The notes under the pieces: model-generated
Databases searched by the model: none
What the model saw: only the letters and a program-made list of their open reading frames with translations
What the model was told of the DNA's origin: nothing
IMG/VR virus record: IMGVR_UViG_3300006841_000093
Location: 70,506 to 134,505 of that record
DNA from: a virus
Length of the DNA stretch: 64,000 bases
Strand: one strand, 5' to 3'
Translations under genes and position numbers: made by a program
Shown: positions 9,969 through 18,842 of the stretch, piece after piece
How the letters are laid out: every line of letters starts with the position of its first letter
Numbering within the stretch: position 1 is the first letter of the stretch

Positions 9969-10537
9969 TATCTTTCAAAAAATATTCAGATATTTCAACT
10001 AAGGTAGCAAAGAAATTAAAACTTTCAAAAGATAAGGCTCTTGAACTTATTGTGAAAGCACAACAAAAAGGTTATGATCCTTTAAAGTGGCAAAGAAATC
10101 TATCAATATTAACCACTATGTCTGCTGAATATGATCCAGAGATAAAGGAAAAAACAATGTCATCAAGACAAAAACTTCAACAGATGCAACACTATTGGGA
10201 TAATCTTTGGCACATGGCATCAGATGTAGTAAAAAAGAAAAACATGTTTATGAGATTTGGTATTAAAAATATTAAATTGGGTAAGGGTGGAAGAAAGATA
10301 TTATCATTTGATGAAGATAGAGATTATAAAGCAGAATATAAAAAATTCCAATCATCTAAAAAGATGAAGAAATATAGAGCAGAATTAAATAAATACAATC
10401 GAGATAAGGGAACTTATGGAAATGGTGATGGTAAAGATGCATCTCATAAAGGCGGAAAGATTGTGGGAATGGAAGACCAAAGTGTTAATAGGGGTAGAGC
10501 AGAAAAAAGTAGATTAGTAGGATCAAAGAGAAAATGA
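9965..10537 (+). CDS. protein with C-terminal HNH-like domain
   Basis: RDYKAEY...GDGKDASHK...SVNRGR resembles minimal HNH-like phage domains. Confidence 0.5.
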   Translation: MISFKKYSDISTKVAKKLKLSKDKALELIVKAQQKGYDPLKWQRNLSILTTMSAEYDPEIKEKTMSSRQKLQQMQHYWDNLWHMASDVVKKKNMFMRFGIKNIKLGKGGRKILSFDEDRDYKAEYKKFQSSKKMKKYRAELNKYNRDKGTYGNGDGKDASHKGGKIVGMEDQSVNRGRAEKSRLVGSKRK

Positions 10538-10592
10538 TGGGGCTGACTTACCAAAGGCCAACCCCTGACAGTTTTTCATGCCATAGGTATTT

Positions 10593-10769
10593 ATGAAAGA
10601 AGAAAGATTAATTTCAAGTATAGTTATGATAACTTTTTTAGGATTGTGGTTTATAGTTTTATTTACATTTGGATTACTTGTATATCAAACATCATCATAT
10701 CAAGGTCAAGTTGATGAACTTATAAAAGAAAATGCCAAGATAACAACATTATGGATGGAAAAAAATTAA
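10593..10769 (+). CDS. small membrane protein (58 aa, absent from the ORF track)
   Basis: MKEERLISSIVMITFLGLWFIVLFTFGLLVY...; its stop overlaps the next ATG. Confidence 0.55.
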   Translation: MKEERLISSIVMITFLGLWFIVLFTFGLLVYQTSSYQGQVDELIKENAKITTLWMEKN

Positions 10770-11155
10770 TGAAAACATTTTCTACATATATCTTTGAAAG
10801 AATATCAAAGTCAGATTTAGATCAAGTAGAAAAATATGCAGATAGATTATTTGCAGCAGTTGGAATAGATGTTGAATTTACTAGACATTTTCATGATAGA
10901 GTGAACGATGAACGAAATAAGAAACCAATCAATTCAGCGGAGTTGGTTAGATTATTTCGTTTAACATACAAGAAGTATGGTAAGAAAATTGCACAGATGA
11001 ATCCAGATGCAGAAGCAGTCATTACAGATATGGAAACAGATGTTAATATGCCATTTGTAATCAATCTTGATAAAGGTGGAATGTTAGATCTCGTTGCAAA
11101 AACAGTAATGAGAAAGAAAGATTTTAAAACTAGTAGTCAGAAATTAAGGGTATGA
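10769..11155 (+). CDS. putative RelE/RegB-like (BECR-fold) ribonuclease with CTS-like N-terminus
   Basis: start MKTFSTYIFE at 10769; VEFTRHFHDRVNDER resembles T4 RegB LKYSQHLLDRAIQR; C-terminal AKTVMRK. Confidence 0.4.
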   Translation: MKTFSTYIFERISKSDLDQVEKYADRLFAAVGIDVEFTRHFHDRVNDERNKKPINSAELVRLFRLTYKKYGKKIAQMNPDAEAVITDMETDVNMPFVINLDKGGMLDLVAKTVMRKKDFKTSSQKLRV

Positions 11156-12042
11156 AATCATTTAGAGGATATTTACAAGAACGTGCACCGGCGTGGACAG
11201 AAAGTTTGTCTACTGCGTTGTTTGATCTTACACGAACACACTACATGATACCATTATCACCTTCAATCTTGAAGAGGATATGGCCTAAACTGCCTCGTAC
11301 AACTGTATTTCATTTAACAGATCGAGTTGGTGTTCAACATTTAAAAAAGATGCAGGGGGGCAAAAGATCAATTTCAGCATTTTGGAATATAACTGCTAGA
11401 GCCATTGATGATGGAATCAGAACAGATGGTGGTTATGTTGTAGAATTAGAAGGAGATATTCTTGCGGCGAATCCCGATGATATAATGAGTCAACCGGATA
11501 AAACAGGAAGAAGGTGGTTAACTTTAAGTACATTACTTGATCCTGTTGATAAACATGGTATGGGTGGTGGAGTAAAACTCAAGAGAATGGAAAATGATAT
11601 AGAAGAAATGATGATAGAAATTATTATGAAATATGCAGATGATCCGATACACATGCCGAATGTTAAGAATTCTTGGATTGCTCTTGGTAAAGAATATGGA
11701 AGCAGAAGTCCAGAAGATAATAAAATTAAAGGTCAGATCATAGGAGATTATATCGATGGTATGGAAGGTGTTATGAAAAAGCACTCTAAACAATTAAAAT
11801 CGGTACTTTTAGATTACTCTAAGAAAAAAATACAAGAACCGGATGAAGATAGTGGAGATACACCAGAATGGGATGAAGTAGTGGTTAATAATTTTAAAAT
11901 TCAAAGGATTCATGTTACTCCCGAATTTTCATTAGACTTTGAGGGTGATAAAGATATATATGGATTTCCATTTGAACTATATCATGAAACAGAAGAAATG
12001 GTAGATTACATCAATAGAACAGTACAACCTATAAAGATATGA
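11152..12042 (+). CDS. putative ADP-ribosyltransferase-fold protein (paralog 2)
   Basis: MKSFRGYLQE start; TVFHLT, SISAF and WDEVVV motifs. Confidence 0.45.
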   Translation: MKSFRGYLQERAPAWTESLSTALFDLTRTHYMIPLSPSILKRIWPKLPRTTVFHLTDRVGVQHLKKMQGGKRSISAFWNITARAIDDGIRTDGGYVVELEGDILAANPDDIMSQPDKTGRRWLTLSTLLDPVDKHGMGGGVKLKRMENDIEEMMIEIIMKYADDPIHMPNVKNSWIALGKEYGSRSPEDNKIKGQIIGDYIDGMEGVMKKHSKQLKSVLLDYSKKKIQEPDEDSGDTPEWDEVVVNNFKIQRIHVTPEFSLDFEGDKDIYGFPFELYHETEEMVDYINRTVQPIKI

Positions 12043-12048
12043 TAAAAG

Positions 12049-12411
12049 ATGATCTCATTTACTGAAAAAGCCGCTAGTAAAGTATTAAGTATTATGGATG
12101 AACAAAAAGTAGATGATGACACAAGAGTACGAGTTGGTGTTAAGGGTGGTGGTTGTTCGGGATTTACTTATACAGTAGATTTCGATAGTAGGAAGAATAG
12201 GTTTGATTTAGAATTTGAATCTTTTGGACTTAATGTATTAGTAGATAAAAAAAGTCATTTATATATTAAAGGTACAGAAATTGATTGGTCTAATGAATTA
12301 AATGATCGTGGATTAAAATTTAATAATCCATCTGCAAAAGGTAGTTGTGGATGTAGAACATCATTTATGCACGAAGGAGTAAATGGAGCAAAAGAGCCAA
12401 GTTGGTTGTGA
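12049..12411 (+). CDS. iscA: Fe-S cluster assembly A-type carrier IscA/HesB
   Basis: RVGVKGGGCSGF and CGCRTSF motifs. Confidence 0.92.
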   Translation: MISFTEKAASKVLSIMDEQKVDDDTRVRVGVKGGGCSGFTYTVDFDSRKNRFDLEFESFGLNVLVDKKSHLYIKGTEIDWSNELNDRGLKFNNPSAKGSCGCRTSFMHEGVNGAKEPSWL

Positions 12412-12793
12412 ACTTAAAATAACAGAAAAAGCCGCTGTAGAATTTAAACAAATGTGTATTGGTGAAGATAAACATTGGGCGGATTCATATTTAAGGATAG
12501 GAGCAAATTCAGGCGGATGTTCTGGTTGGAAGTATAGTTTAGATTATGAAGATACAGTAGATGATTCTACTGACTTGATTTTTGAACAATATGGTGTTAA
12601 ACTAGTAGTTGATGAATACATACTTAACGATATAATTGGTGATGTAGAAGTAGATTATAAAATAGGAAATTTAGTAGAACAAGGATTTATATTTAAAAGA
12701 CTTAAATATGAACATGTCTGCGGGTGTGGAGAAAGCTTCACACCAATAAAGGATATTCCTGCAGATGGTAAGCAGAATTTAGGTTGGAAATAA
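12383..12793 (+). CDS. iscA: second IscA/HesB-family protein
   Basis: LRIGANSGGCSGW and CGCGESF motifs. Confidence 0.88.
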   Translation: MEQKSQVGCELKITEKAAVEFKQMCIGEDKHWADSYLRIGANSGGCSGWKYSLDYEDTVDDSTDLIFEQYGVKLVVDEYILNDIIGDVEVDYKIGNLVEQGFIFKRLKYEHVCGCGESFTPIKDIPADGKQNLGWK

Positions 12794-12794
12794 A

Positions 12795-13187
12795 ATGGCA
12801 TATTCAGATAAGGTATTAAAGCATTATGAACGACCAAGTAATGTTGGTAGTTTGGATAGTGGGAGTAATTCTGTGGGCACTGGCCTTGTGGGTGCTCCAG
12901 AGTGTGGTGATGTAATGAAACTCCAAATCCAAGTAGACGATAAAGGAACAATAGTTGATGCCAAGTTTAAAACATTTGGTTGTGGGTCGGCTATTGCTGC
13001 GAGTTCATTAGCAACAGAGTGGATTAAAGATAAACCACTTGATGAAGCAGAAACAATTAAAAACACAGAGATAGTTAATGAACTATCTTTACCTCCAGTT
13101 AAAATACATTGTAGTGTTCTTGCTGAAGATGCAATTAAAGCTGCAATCAAAGACTATAAGAGTAAAAATGGCTATGAGAACGTTTAA
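12795..13187 (+). CDS. iscU: Fe-S cluster scaffold IscU
   Basis: GAPECGDVMKLQI, FKTFGCGSAIA and LPPVKIHCSVLAEDA motifs. Confidence 0.97.
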   Translation: MAYSDKVLKHYERPSNVGSLDSGSNSVGTGLVGAPECGDVMKLQIQVDDKGTIVDAKFKTFGCGSAIAASSLATEWIKDKPLDEAETIKNTEIVNELSLPPVKIHCSVLAEDAIKAAIKDYKSKNGYENV

Positions 13188-13812
13188 ATCATTCTTGACA
13201 GAAGACATATCAGCAGTAACAAAAGAATTTACAGAACTTTTAGTTGATAATGTATATTCTCAATATGTAAAACAATATAGTAAACATTCAGAAAAATGTG
13301 TAGGTTGGTTAGATGGAGAAGAAAATTCTCAATTAAGACTTCAAAAAATATATGAAGGTGGAATCGGTGACAATGATTCTATTTTAGATGTAGGTTGTGG
13401 AGTGGGTCATCTTCATAGATACTTAAAAGAACAGGGGTGGAACGGAAAATATTTAGGATTTGATCCAAATAAAAAAGCAATTGATTTGATTGATGAAAGT
13501 ATCAATGCAATACATGGTACAATAGAAGATTTGGATGAAACAAAATATGATTGGGCTATTTCAAATGGTGTTTTTAATTTAGGATTAAAAGAATCACATA
13601 CATTTTGGATTATTGAAAATATGGTAAGACTTACCAATAAAGGAATTATATTCAATATGTTACAAGCACCATACGAAGATTCACAATATGAGGCATATAA
13701 TCCAATGTGGATTCATTATAGATTACAAGAACATAATCACAAAAGAATAGAAATTGTTCAAAATTATATGGATAAGGATCAAGAATTTACTGTTTATTTT
13801 TATAAGGTATAA
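13174..13812 (+). CDS. class I SAM-dependent methyltransferase with CTS-like N-terminus
   Basis: ILDVGCGVGH motif I; likely start MRTFKSFLTE at 13174. Confidence 0.8.
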   Translation: MRTFKSFLTEDISAVTKEFTELLVDNVYSQYVKQYSKHSEKCVGWLDGEENSQLRLQKIYEGGIGDNDSILDVGCGVGHLHRYLKEQGWNGKYLGFDPNKKAIDLIDESINAIHGTIEDLDETKYDWAISNGVFNLGLKESHTFWIIENMVRLTNKGIIFNMLQAPYEDSQYEAYNPMWIHYRLQEHNHKRIEIVQNYMDKDQEFTVYFYKV

Positions 13813-14328
13813 ATGGATAAAAAATTTAAACATTATATAGTAGAATTCGATACACCACAAATTTATTGTGATATGGATGGAGTGTTAGCAGATTTTGAAA
13901 AGGGAGTAAAAAATATGATTGGGGGCAAATTTTCTGATGCTAGATGGGCAGAATTACCAGATGATTTTTTCTTACAATTAGAACCAATGAAAGACGCACA
14001 AAAATTGTGGGATTTTATTGGAAAATATGATCCACTTATTTTAACTGCCGTTCCAAGATCCTCTAGAGGACCTATTGCGGCAAGGGCAACAGAAGATAAA
14101 ACTAGATTTATGAAAAGGTGGTTTGGTGTTTCTCCCAATAGGATGTATCCTGTCATGAGAGCGGATAAAATGAGATTCGCAAAAGATGGTAGAGATGGAA
14201 GACCCAATTTACTCATTGATGATCACTCTAAGAATATTGCACAATTTAGGGCCGCTGGGGGTATAGGAGTACATCATCTAAGTGCAAGTGGAAGTATTAA
14301 ACAACTGAAAGACATTGGTTATAAGTGA
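13813..14328 (+). CDS. HAD-family 5'(3')-deoxyribonucleotidase-like protein
   Basis: IYCDMDGVLADF and LLIDDHSKNI motifs. Confidence 0.85.
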   Translation: MDKKFKHYIVEFDTPQIYCDMDGVLADFEKGVKNMIGGKFSDARWAELPDDFFLQLEPMKDAQKLWDFIGKYDPLILTAVPRSSRGPIAARATEDKTRFMKRWFGVSPNRMYPVMRADKMRFAKDGRDGRPNLLIDDHSKNIAQFRAAGGIGVHHLSASGSIKQLKDIGYK

Positions 14329-14334
14329 GGTGAA

Positions 14335-15171
14335 ATGATATCTTGTTCTGCAAGAAAGATGGTCCAATTTCATATTAGAGATTGGTTGGATTTACAACGT
14401 AGTTATGCAAAAATACATGGTGGAATAGAGTTTGAATTTGAAGACATAGATTATGCATTCGGTGTAGTGGAAGGATTTTCTACACTATGGGGAGGCAGAG
14501 CACAAATGGCCGGGCACGGCGATTTGGAACTTACTAAGGTAGATGAATATTGGTTATATGATCATAATATTGGTGTAAAGTTACCTTTCACCACAAAAGT
14601 ATTTAGTGATGAATTGTACAATAAAAGTCTAGATATCCTGAAATGGTATCATCGAAAAGGTAACGCAATCATTACTTACCACGATGAACTTGGAAGAAGA
14701 ATTAAGGAAGATTTTCCAGATTATAAAATAGAAGCAAGTTGTATACAAGATATTAATAATATTGAAAAATGGAATGAAAAGATTTCATTAGGAATTTATG
14801 ATGAGATTGTTTTACCTATACATTTAAATGATGATATAGAATTTCTTAAAAGTATTAAAGAGAAGGAAAAACTCAGACTATTTCTTAATGTAGAATGTTC
14901 TTATAATTGTCCACAAAAAGTTTGTTATGGTGTGACCTCAAAAATTAATGCAGGTCTACGAGAACAGGGTACCATGTTGTGCAGTCTTTTGGATTTTGGT
15001 ATGCCACGTACATTTTATAATGATGAAATTGATTGGAGCACTTTTTATTTTGATAAACAACTATTTGATGGGATGGGTATTGATAAATACAAATTAGTTC
15101 CCCCTATTGAAAATGCACAAAGAATACCTCTTATGTTAGAAAAAAATAAGGATATGAGGCGTGGGGATTAA
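14335..15171 (+). CDS. peptidase U32-like (TIM-barrel, Cys-cluster) protein
   Basis: LRLFLNVECSYNCPQKVC...LCS pattern as in phage U32-like proteins. Confidence 0.45.
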   Translation: MISCSARKMVQFHIRDWLDLQRSYAKIHGGIEFEFEDIDYAFGVVEGFSTLWGGRAQMAGHGDLELTKVDEYWLYDHNIGVKLPFTTKVFSDELYNKSLDILKWYHRKGNAIITYHDELGRRIKEDFPDYKIEASCIQDINNIEKWNEKISLGIYDEIVLPIHLNDDIEFLKSIKEKEKLRLFLNVECSYNCPQKVCYGVTSKINAGLREQGTMLCSLLDFGMPRTFYNDEIDWSTFYFDKQLFDGMGIDKYKLVPPIENAQRIPLMLEKNKDMRRGD

Positions 15172-15195
15172 ACAAATAGATAATTAAGGATTTCA

Positions 15196-15540
15196 ATGGA
15201 ACATTTATTTACGTTTGATGAATTAATGATGATGGGGCTTGTCGTTTTTTCTTCATTTTGGATCTTTCTATTTAATTATAGACAAGACAACAAAGACAAA
15301 TATGCGGGGGCTAAATCATTAATCGTATTAGACTTATTCATTAATATGGGAATGTCTGTTACGGGGTACTTATTGGTATCAGTAGTATTCAAAAATGTTC
15401 CGCAACTCGCACAATATGAAAGTTATAGATATCCGATTGGATATTTGTTTGGACTCACTTCTAATGTAAGTATACCAATAGTTTTAAAGTGGTTTCAAGA
15501 ACAAATAACTAAAAAACTTAGAGAAGCAGGAAAAAAGTGA
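15196..15540 (+). CDS. membrane protein
   Basis: three hydrophobic segments. Confidence 0.65.
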   Translation: MEHLFTFDELMMMGLVVFSSFWIFLFNYRQDNKDKYAGAKSLIVLDLFINMGMSVTGYLLVSVVFKNVPQLAQYESYRYPIGYLFGLTSNVSIPIVLKWFQEQITKKLREAGKK

Positions 15541-15548
15541 GGTAGATT

Positions 15549-15986
15549 ATGGCAAAACAAGACAAAGAACATCAACATGAAGAAACCTTAGTAGAGTTAG
15601 AACCAGTAAAAGCGATTGAGAGAGAAACTAAGAATCTAGTTGCATCTAGTAAGGTTTTTATTTACTTAATTATTGGACTATTAGCATATTTAATATTCTT
15701 GGTTATTCCATCTATTGAAGAAAAAGTTACATGGATGGAGAAAGACTTAAATTCTGTTTTAGTACAATCAGAACGATTTAAGAAATCTACTAGAGTATTT
15801 GCAAGAGATAATCAATGTGCATCTTGTCATTTAAGCCCCGATTATCTACTCCACAACTTACTCACCAAATATCCTAGTTTTTCTGATATTAAAGCTTTCA
15901 TGCAAGTAGGACATCAAAGGTATTATACAATGCAAACTCCGATTCCAGATGATGAATTACTAGAAATATATCGGGCACTACAATGA
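15549..15986 (+). CDS. membrane-anchored protein with a CxxCH heme-c motif
   Basis: one TM helix followed by CASCH. Confidence 0.5.
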   Translation: MAKQDKEHQHEETLVELEPVKAIERETKNLVASSKVFIYLIIGLLAYLIFLVIPSIEEKVTWMEKDLNSVLVQSERFKKSTRVFARDNQCASCHLSPDYLLHNLLTKYPSFSDIKAFMQVGHQRYYTMQTPIPDDELLEIYRALQ

Positions 15987-17074
15987 TAATGTTTGGAAAA
16001 GTAATTGTATCATTAGTATGGGTAGTATGGATAGTTATAGTTGGTTCTACTGCTGAAGGACAAAATGTAAGTCCAGAATATATTCCCACATATAGTACAA
16101 CTTACGATAGGGTAAAGGCAAGAGGATATGTCATTTGTGGAACTAATGATGAGTTTCCAGGCTTTTCTCAAGAAATGATACTTGGTGGTGGTGGTGAAGA
16201 AAGGTGGGAAGGTTTTGATGTTGATCTTTGTCGAGCAATTGCAGCAGGAATATTTGGAGATCCAGATGCTATAGAATTTGAAATAGTCAATGGAAAAACT
16301 AGATTTGAATTTTTGTTAGATGGAACGATAGATGTACTTTCAGCAGCAACGACATATACCTATACAAGAAATGTACAGAAAAAATTAGAATTCATGCCCA
16401 CAACCTATTACGATGGTCAAGGATTCATTGTAAGAAAAACTCTTGGTGTATCTTCTGCGAAACAGATGGAAGGTGCAAGAATATGTTTTAGTTCATCTGG
16501 AACTGCTGCAAAAAACATAAAAGATTTCTTTAAATTACATGAAATAAATTACATACCAGTCCCCGTTCCCTCAAATGAAAAAACAAGAAACGTTTACAAG
16601 AGGGGTGACTGTGATATGTATGGAACAGATAGATCAGGATTAGCATCAAATAGATTAAGTTTTAGTGATCCTGACAGACATTTGATTTTACCAGAGATAA
16701 TTTCAAAAGAACCTCTTGGTATGGTAGTTCGTTATGGAGATCAGAAATGGTCAGATATAGTTCGATGGACAGTTTATGTATTGTTCATTGCAGAAGAAAT
16801 TGGATTAAATTCAAATAATATTGATGATTTTGAAAACAATAGTGATCCAAATGTACAACGATTTATGGGTGAATTAAATGGAACAGATCATCCTCATCTT
16901 GGATCTAAACTCGGTTTGGGCAAAAACTGGTCATATAATATTATTAAGTTAGTAGGAAATTACAAAGAAATATATGAACGAAATGTGGGGGTAAATACTC
17001 CTATTGGACTAGAACGTGGTTTGAATAAATTATATACTCATGGAGGATTATTGTACGCCCCGCCTCTTAAGTAA
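15983..17074 (+). CDS. aapJ: general L-amino acid ABC transporter substrate-binding protein (AapJ/BztA-like)
   Basis: signal peptide; GFDVDLCRAIAA, TYTYTRN, YYDGQGF, LPEIISKEPLG and VGNYKEIYERN motifs. Confidence 0.88.
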   Translation: MIMFGKVIVSLVWVVWIVIVGSTAEGQNVSPEYIPTYSTTYDRVKARGYVICGTNDEFPGFSQEMILGGGGEERWEGFDVDLCRAIAAGIFGDPDAIEFEIVNGKTRFEFLLDGTIDVLSAATTYTYTRNVQKKLEFMPTTYYDGQGFIVRKTLGVSSAKQMEGARICFSSSGTAAKNIKDFFKLHEINYIPVPVPSNEKTRNVYKRGDCDMYGTDRSGLASNRLSFSDPDRHLILPEIISKEPLGMVVRYGDQKWSDIVRWTVYVLFIAEEIGLNSNNIDDFENNSDPNVQRFMGELNGTDHPHLGSKLGLGKNWSYNIIKLVGNYKEIYERNVGVNTPIGLERGLNKLYTHGGLLYAPPLK

Positions 17075-17085
17075 AGGAATAACAC

Positions 17086-17679
17086 ATGGGCCACGTTACC
17101 CGCTTTTCTAAACCAGAATACGGAACTGGAAGAAAAAAACATTTCGAAGATGTTCCAGAAAATAGAACAGCAGTAGATAACATTCTGCGAGTCAATCATG
17201 GTAATCAAATGAGACTAGGATTGATGGCAGATGCAAAAGCTAATATTATGATTACTGTTGCATCGATAGTATTTTCAATAACTATTGCAAATTTAGATAA
17301 TGAAGTAATGCGTTATACTCTTCTAACATTTGCCGTTGGTAGTTTTTTCTCTTTGTTATTTGCTATATTTGCAATTATACCAAATACAGACTATCCTAGA
17401 GTAAAATGGTCTAAGGAAATTGATAGAGATTCACCTATATTCAATCCGTTGTTCTTTGGTCACTTTGCACATTTGGATATAGATGAATATAAAGAAGATT
17501 ACGCAGAAATTTTAAGTACTGATGACAGTATATATGATTCAATGGCAGGAGATATCTATGGTCAAGGAAAGATACTTGCATTAAAGAAATATAAGTATTT
17601 GAAATGGTCATATAACTGTTTTCTCACAGGAATGTCATGTGCAATTATAACATTTGTAGTACAACATGTAATTTTATAA
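17086..17679 (+). CDS. Pycsar-effector (PycTM/DUF5706)-like membrane protein
   Basis: MADAKANIMI motif, two TMs, FFGH, and ILALKKYKYLK followed by a TM. Confidence 0.7.
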   Translation: MGHVTRFSKPEYGTGRKKHFEDVPENRTAVDNILRVNHGNQMRLGLMADAKANIMITVASIVFSITIANLDNEVMRYTLLTFAVGSFFSLLFAIFAIIPNTDYPRVKWSKEIDRDSPIFNPLFFGHFAHLDIDEYKEDYAEILSTDDSIYDSMAGDIYGQGKILALKKYKYLKWSYNCFLTGMSCAIITFVVQHVIL

Positions 17680-17686
17680 AAATGAA

Positions 17687-18010
17687 ATGAAATTAGGTAT
17701 CAATAAAACGATTAATAGACATTGGAGAGATTGGGCAGGATTAGTTTATCTATTCATTTGCCTGATAGATTTTTTTGTTGCTCCTTTGATATGGAATCTT
17801 AAAATGGAAGCTTATTGTTATGATATAAAGATGACAGCACTTGAAAAAGGTTTGGATGGTAGTGAATGTGATATTACTAGGTGGACTCCTTTAACATTAG
17901 GAGCAGGGGCAATGTTTCACTTATCATTCGGAGCTATATTAGGTGCAACTGCTTGGAAGAAAAAAGAAGAACTGGAAGCTCATCATAATAATAAGTCTGA
18001 TACTACTTAG
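17687..18010 (+). CDS. putative holin (GTA-type 3TM-like)
   Basis: WRDWAGLVYLFICLIDFFVAP...WTPLTL..GAMFHLSFGAILG pattern. Confidence 0.6.
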   Translation: MKLGINKTINRHWRDWAGLVYLFICLIDFFVAPLIWNLKMEAYCYDIKMTALEKGLDGSECDITRWTPLTLGAGAMFHLSFGAILGATAWKKKEELEAHHNNKSDTT

Positions 18011-18812
18011 TGGATGTTCGATAACGAATTGGTTTATATATAAAGATGGAGAAAGTGGAAATCGAGATACATTACCAGTAACATTAGATTCCCTTATTGA
18101 AATGGGTGAATATTCTAAACTGATTTATACAAATAAGGGAATATTTGCTGATGGTACAGTATCGCCTGAAGAACCAGAATTCTATGGTTTGAATAGGATG
18201 ATCGCAGATCAACACCGCGTTAAAAAAGATCAATTTTCTTATTTTGTAATACAAGAGGATGGTGTTACTATTCTCATCTTTAGAGGAACATCAAATTGGA
18301 AAAATGTATTATCGGATCTTGATGCAAGACCATTTATTGATGACAATTTAGATACAAAACTTCATAGAGGTTTTAGAGATGCGGCTGAATCTATTTATAG
18401 TGACATTAAAAGAAATTATGAATTAGATCACACAGTATTTTTGACAGGACATTCACTAGGTGGTGCAATAGCACAAATCATAGGATTATGGTTACATTCG
18501 ACAGGGAGTCACAATGTTCAAATTTATACTTTCGGAAGCCCAAAAGTCAGTACTACATTTACTTTTAACGAACCCAATCATTGGCGGGTGGTTGATAGGA
18601 GCGATCCTGTGCCTTTTCTGCCTACTCTTCCTTATGTTCATTCAGGCGTGGTGATTGATATTGATACATTATCATGGAGTGAAAATCATGAGGAAAGAGG
18701 AATTTTACAGACAGATGCTTTAGAACATTCTGTTAAGGACTACCTTGATATACTATATAATCATTCAGAATGTGATGCTGAATGTAGAGGCTCTAGGGAC
18801 ATAAGAGAATAA
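17943..18812 (+). CDS. lipoprotein lipase, class 3
   Basis: GTG start after GGAG; lipobox LSGC; IFRGT, HRGF and TGHSLGG catalytic motifs. Confidence 0.85.
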   Translation: MQLLGRKKKNWKLIIIISLILLSGCSITNWFIYKDGESGNRDTLPVTLDSLIEMGEYSKLIYTNKGIFADGTVSPEEPEFYGLNRMIADQHRVKKDQFSYFVIQEDGVTILIFRGTSNWKNVLSDLDARPFIDDNLDTKLHRGFRDAAESIYSDIKRNYELDHTVFLTGHSLGGAIAQIIGLWLHSTGSHNVQIYTFGSPKVSTTFTFNEPNHWRVVDRSDPVPFLPTLPYVHSGVVIDIDTLSWSENHEERGILQTDALEHSVKDYLDILYNHSECDAECRGSRDIRE

Positions 18813-18842
18813 ATATTACAAAAATAAACAAAAGGGGAAAAA

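Noticed and set aside
10535-10590. TGA stop followed by a GC-rich imperfect hairpin as a second Sec site
   Set aside because: No Cys/redox motif context, and another in-frame TGA follows three codons later; more likely a weak terminator or processing stem.
17086-17679. Complete Pycsar defence system
   Set aside because: No cyclase gene is adjacent; it is reported only as an orphan effector-like gene.
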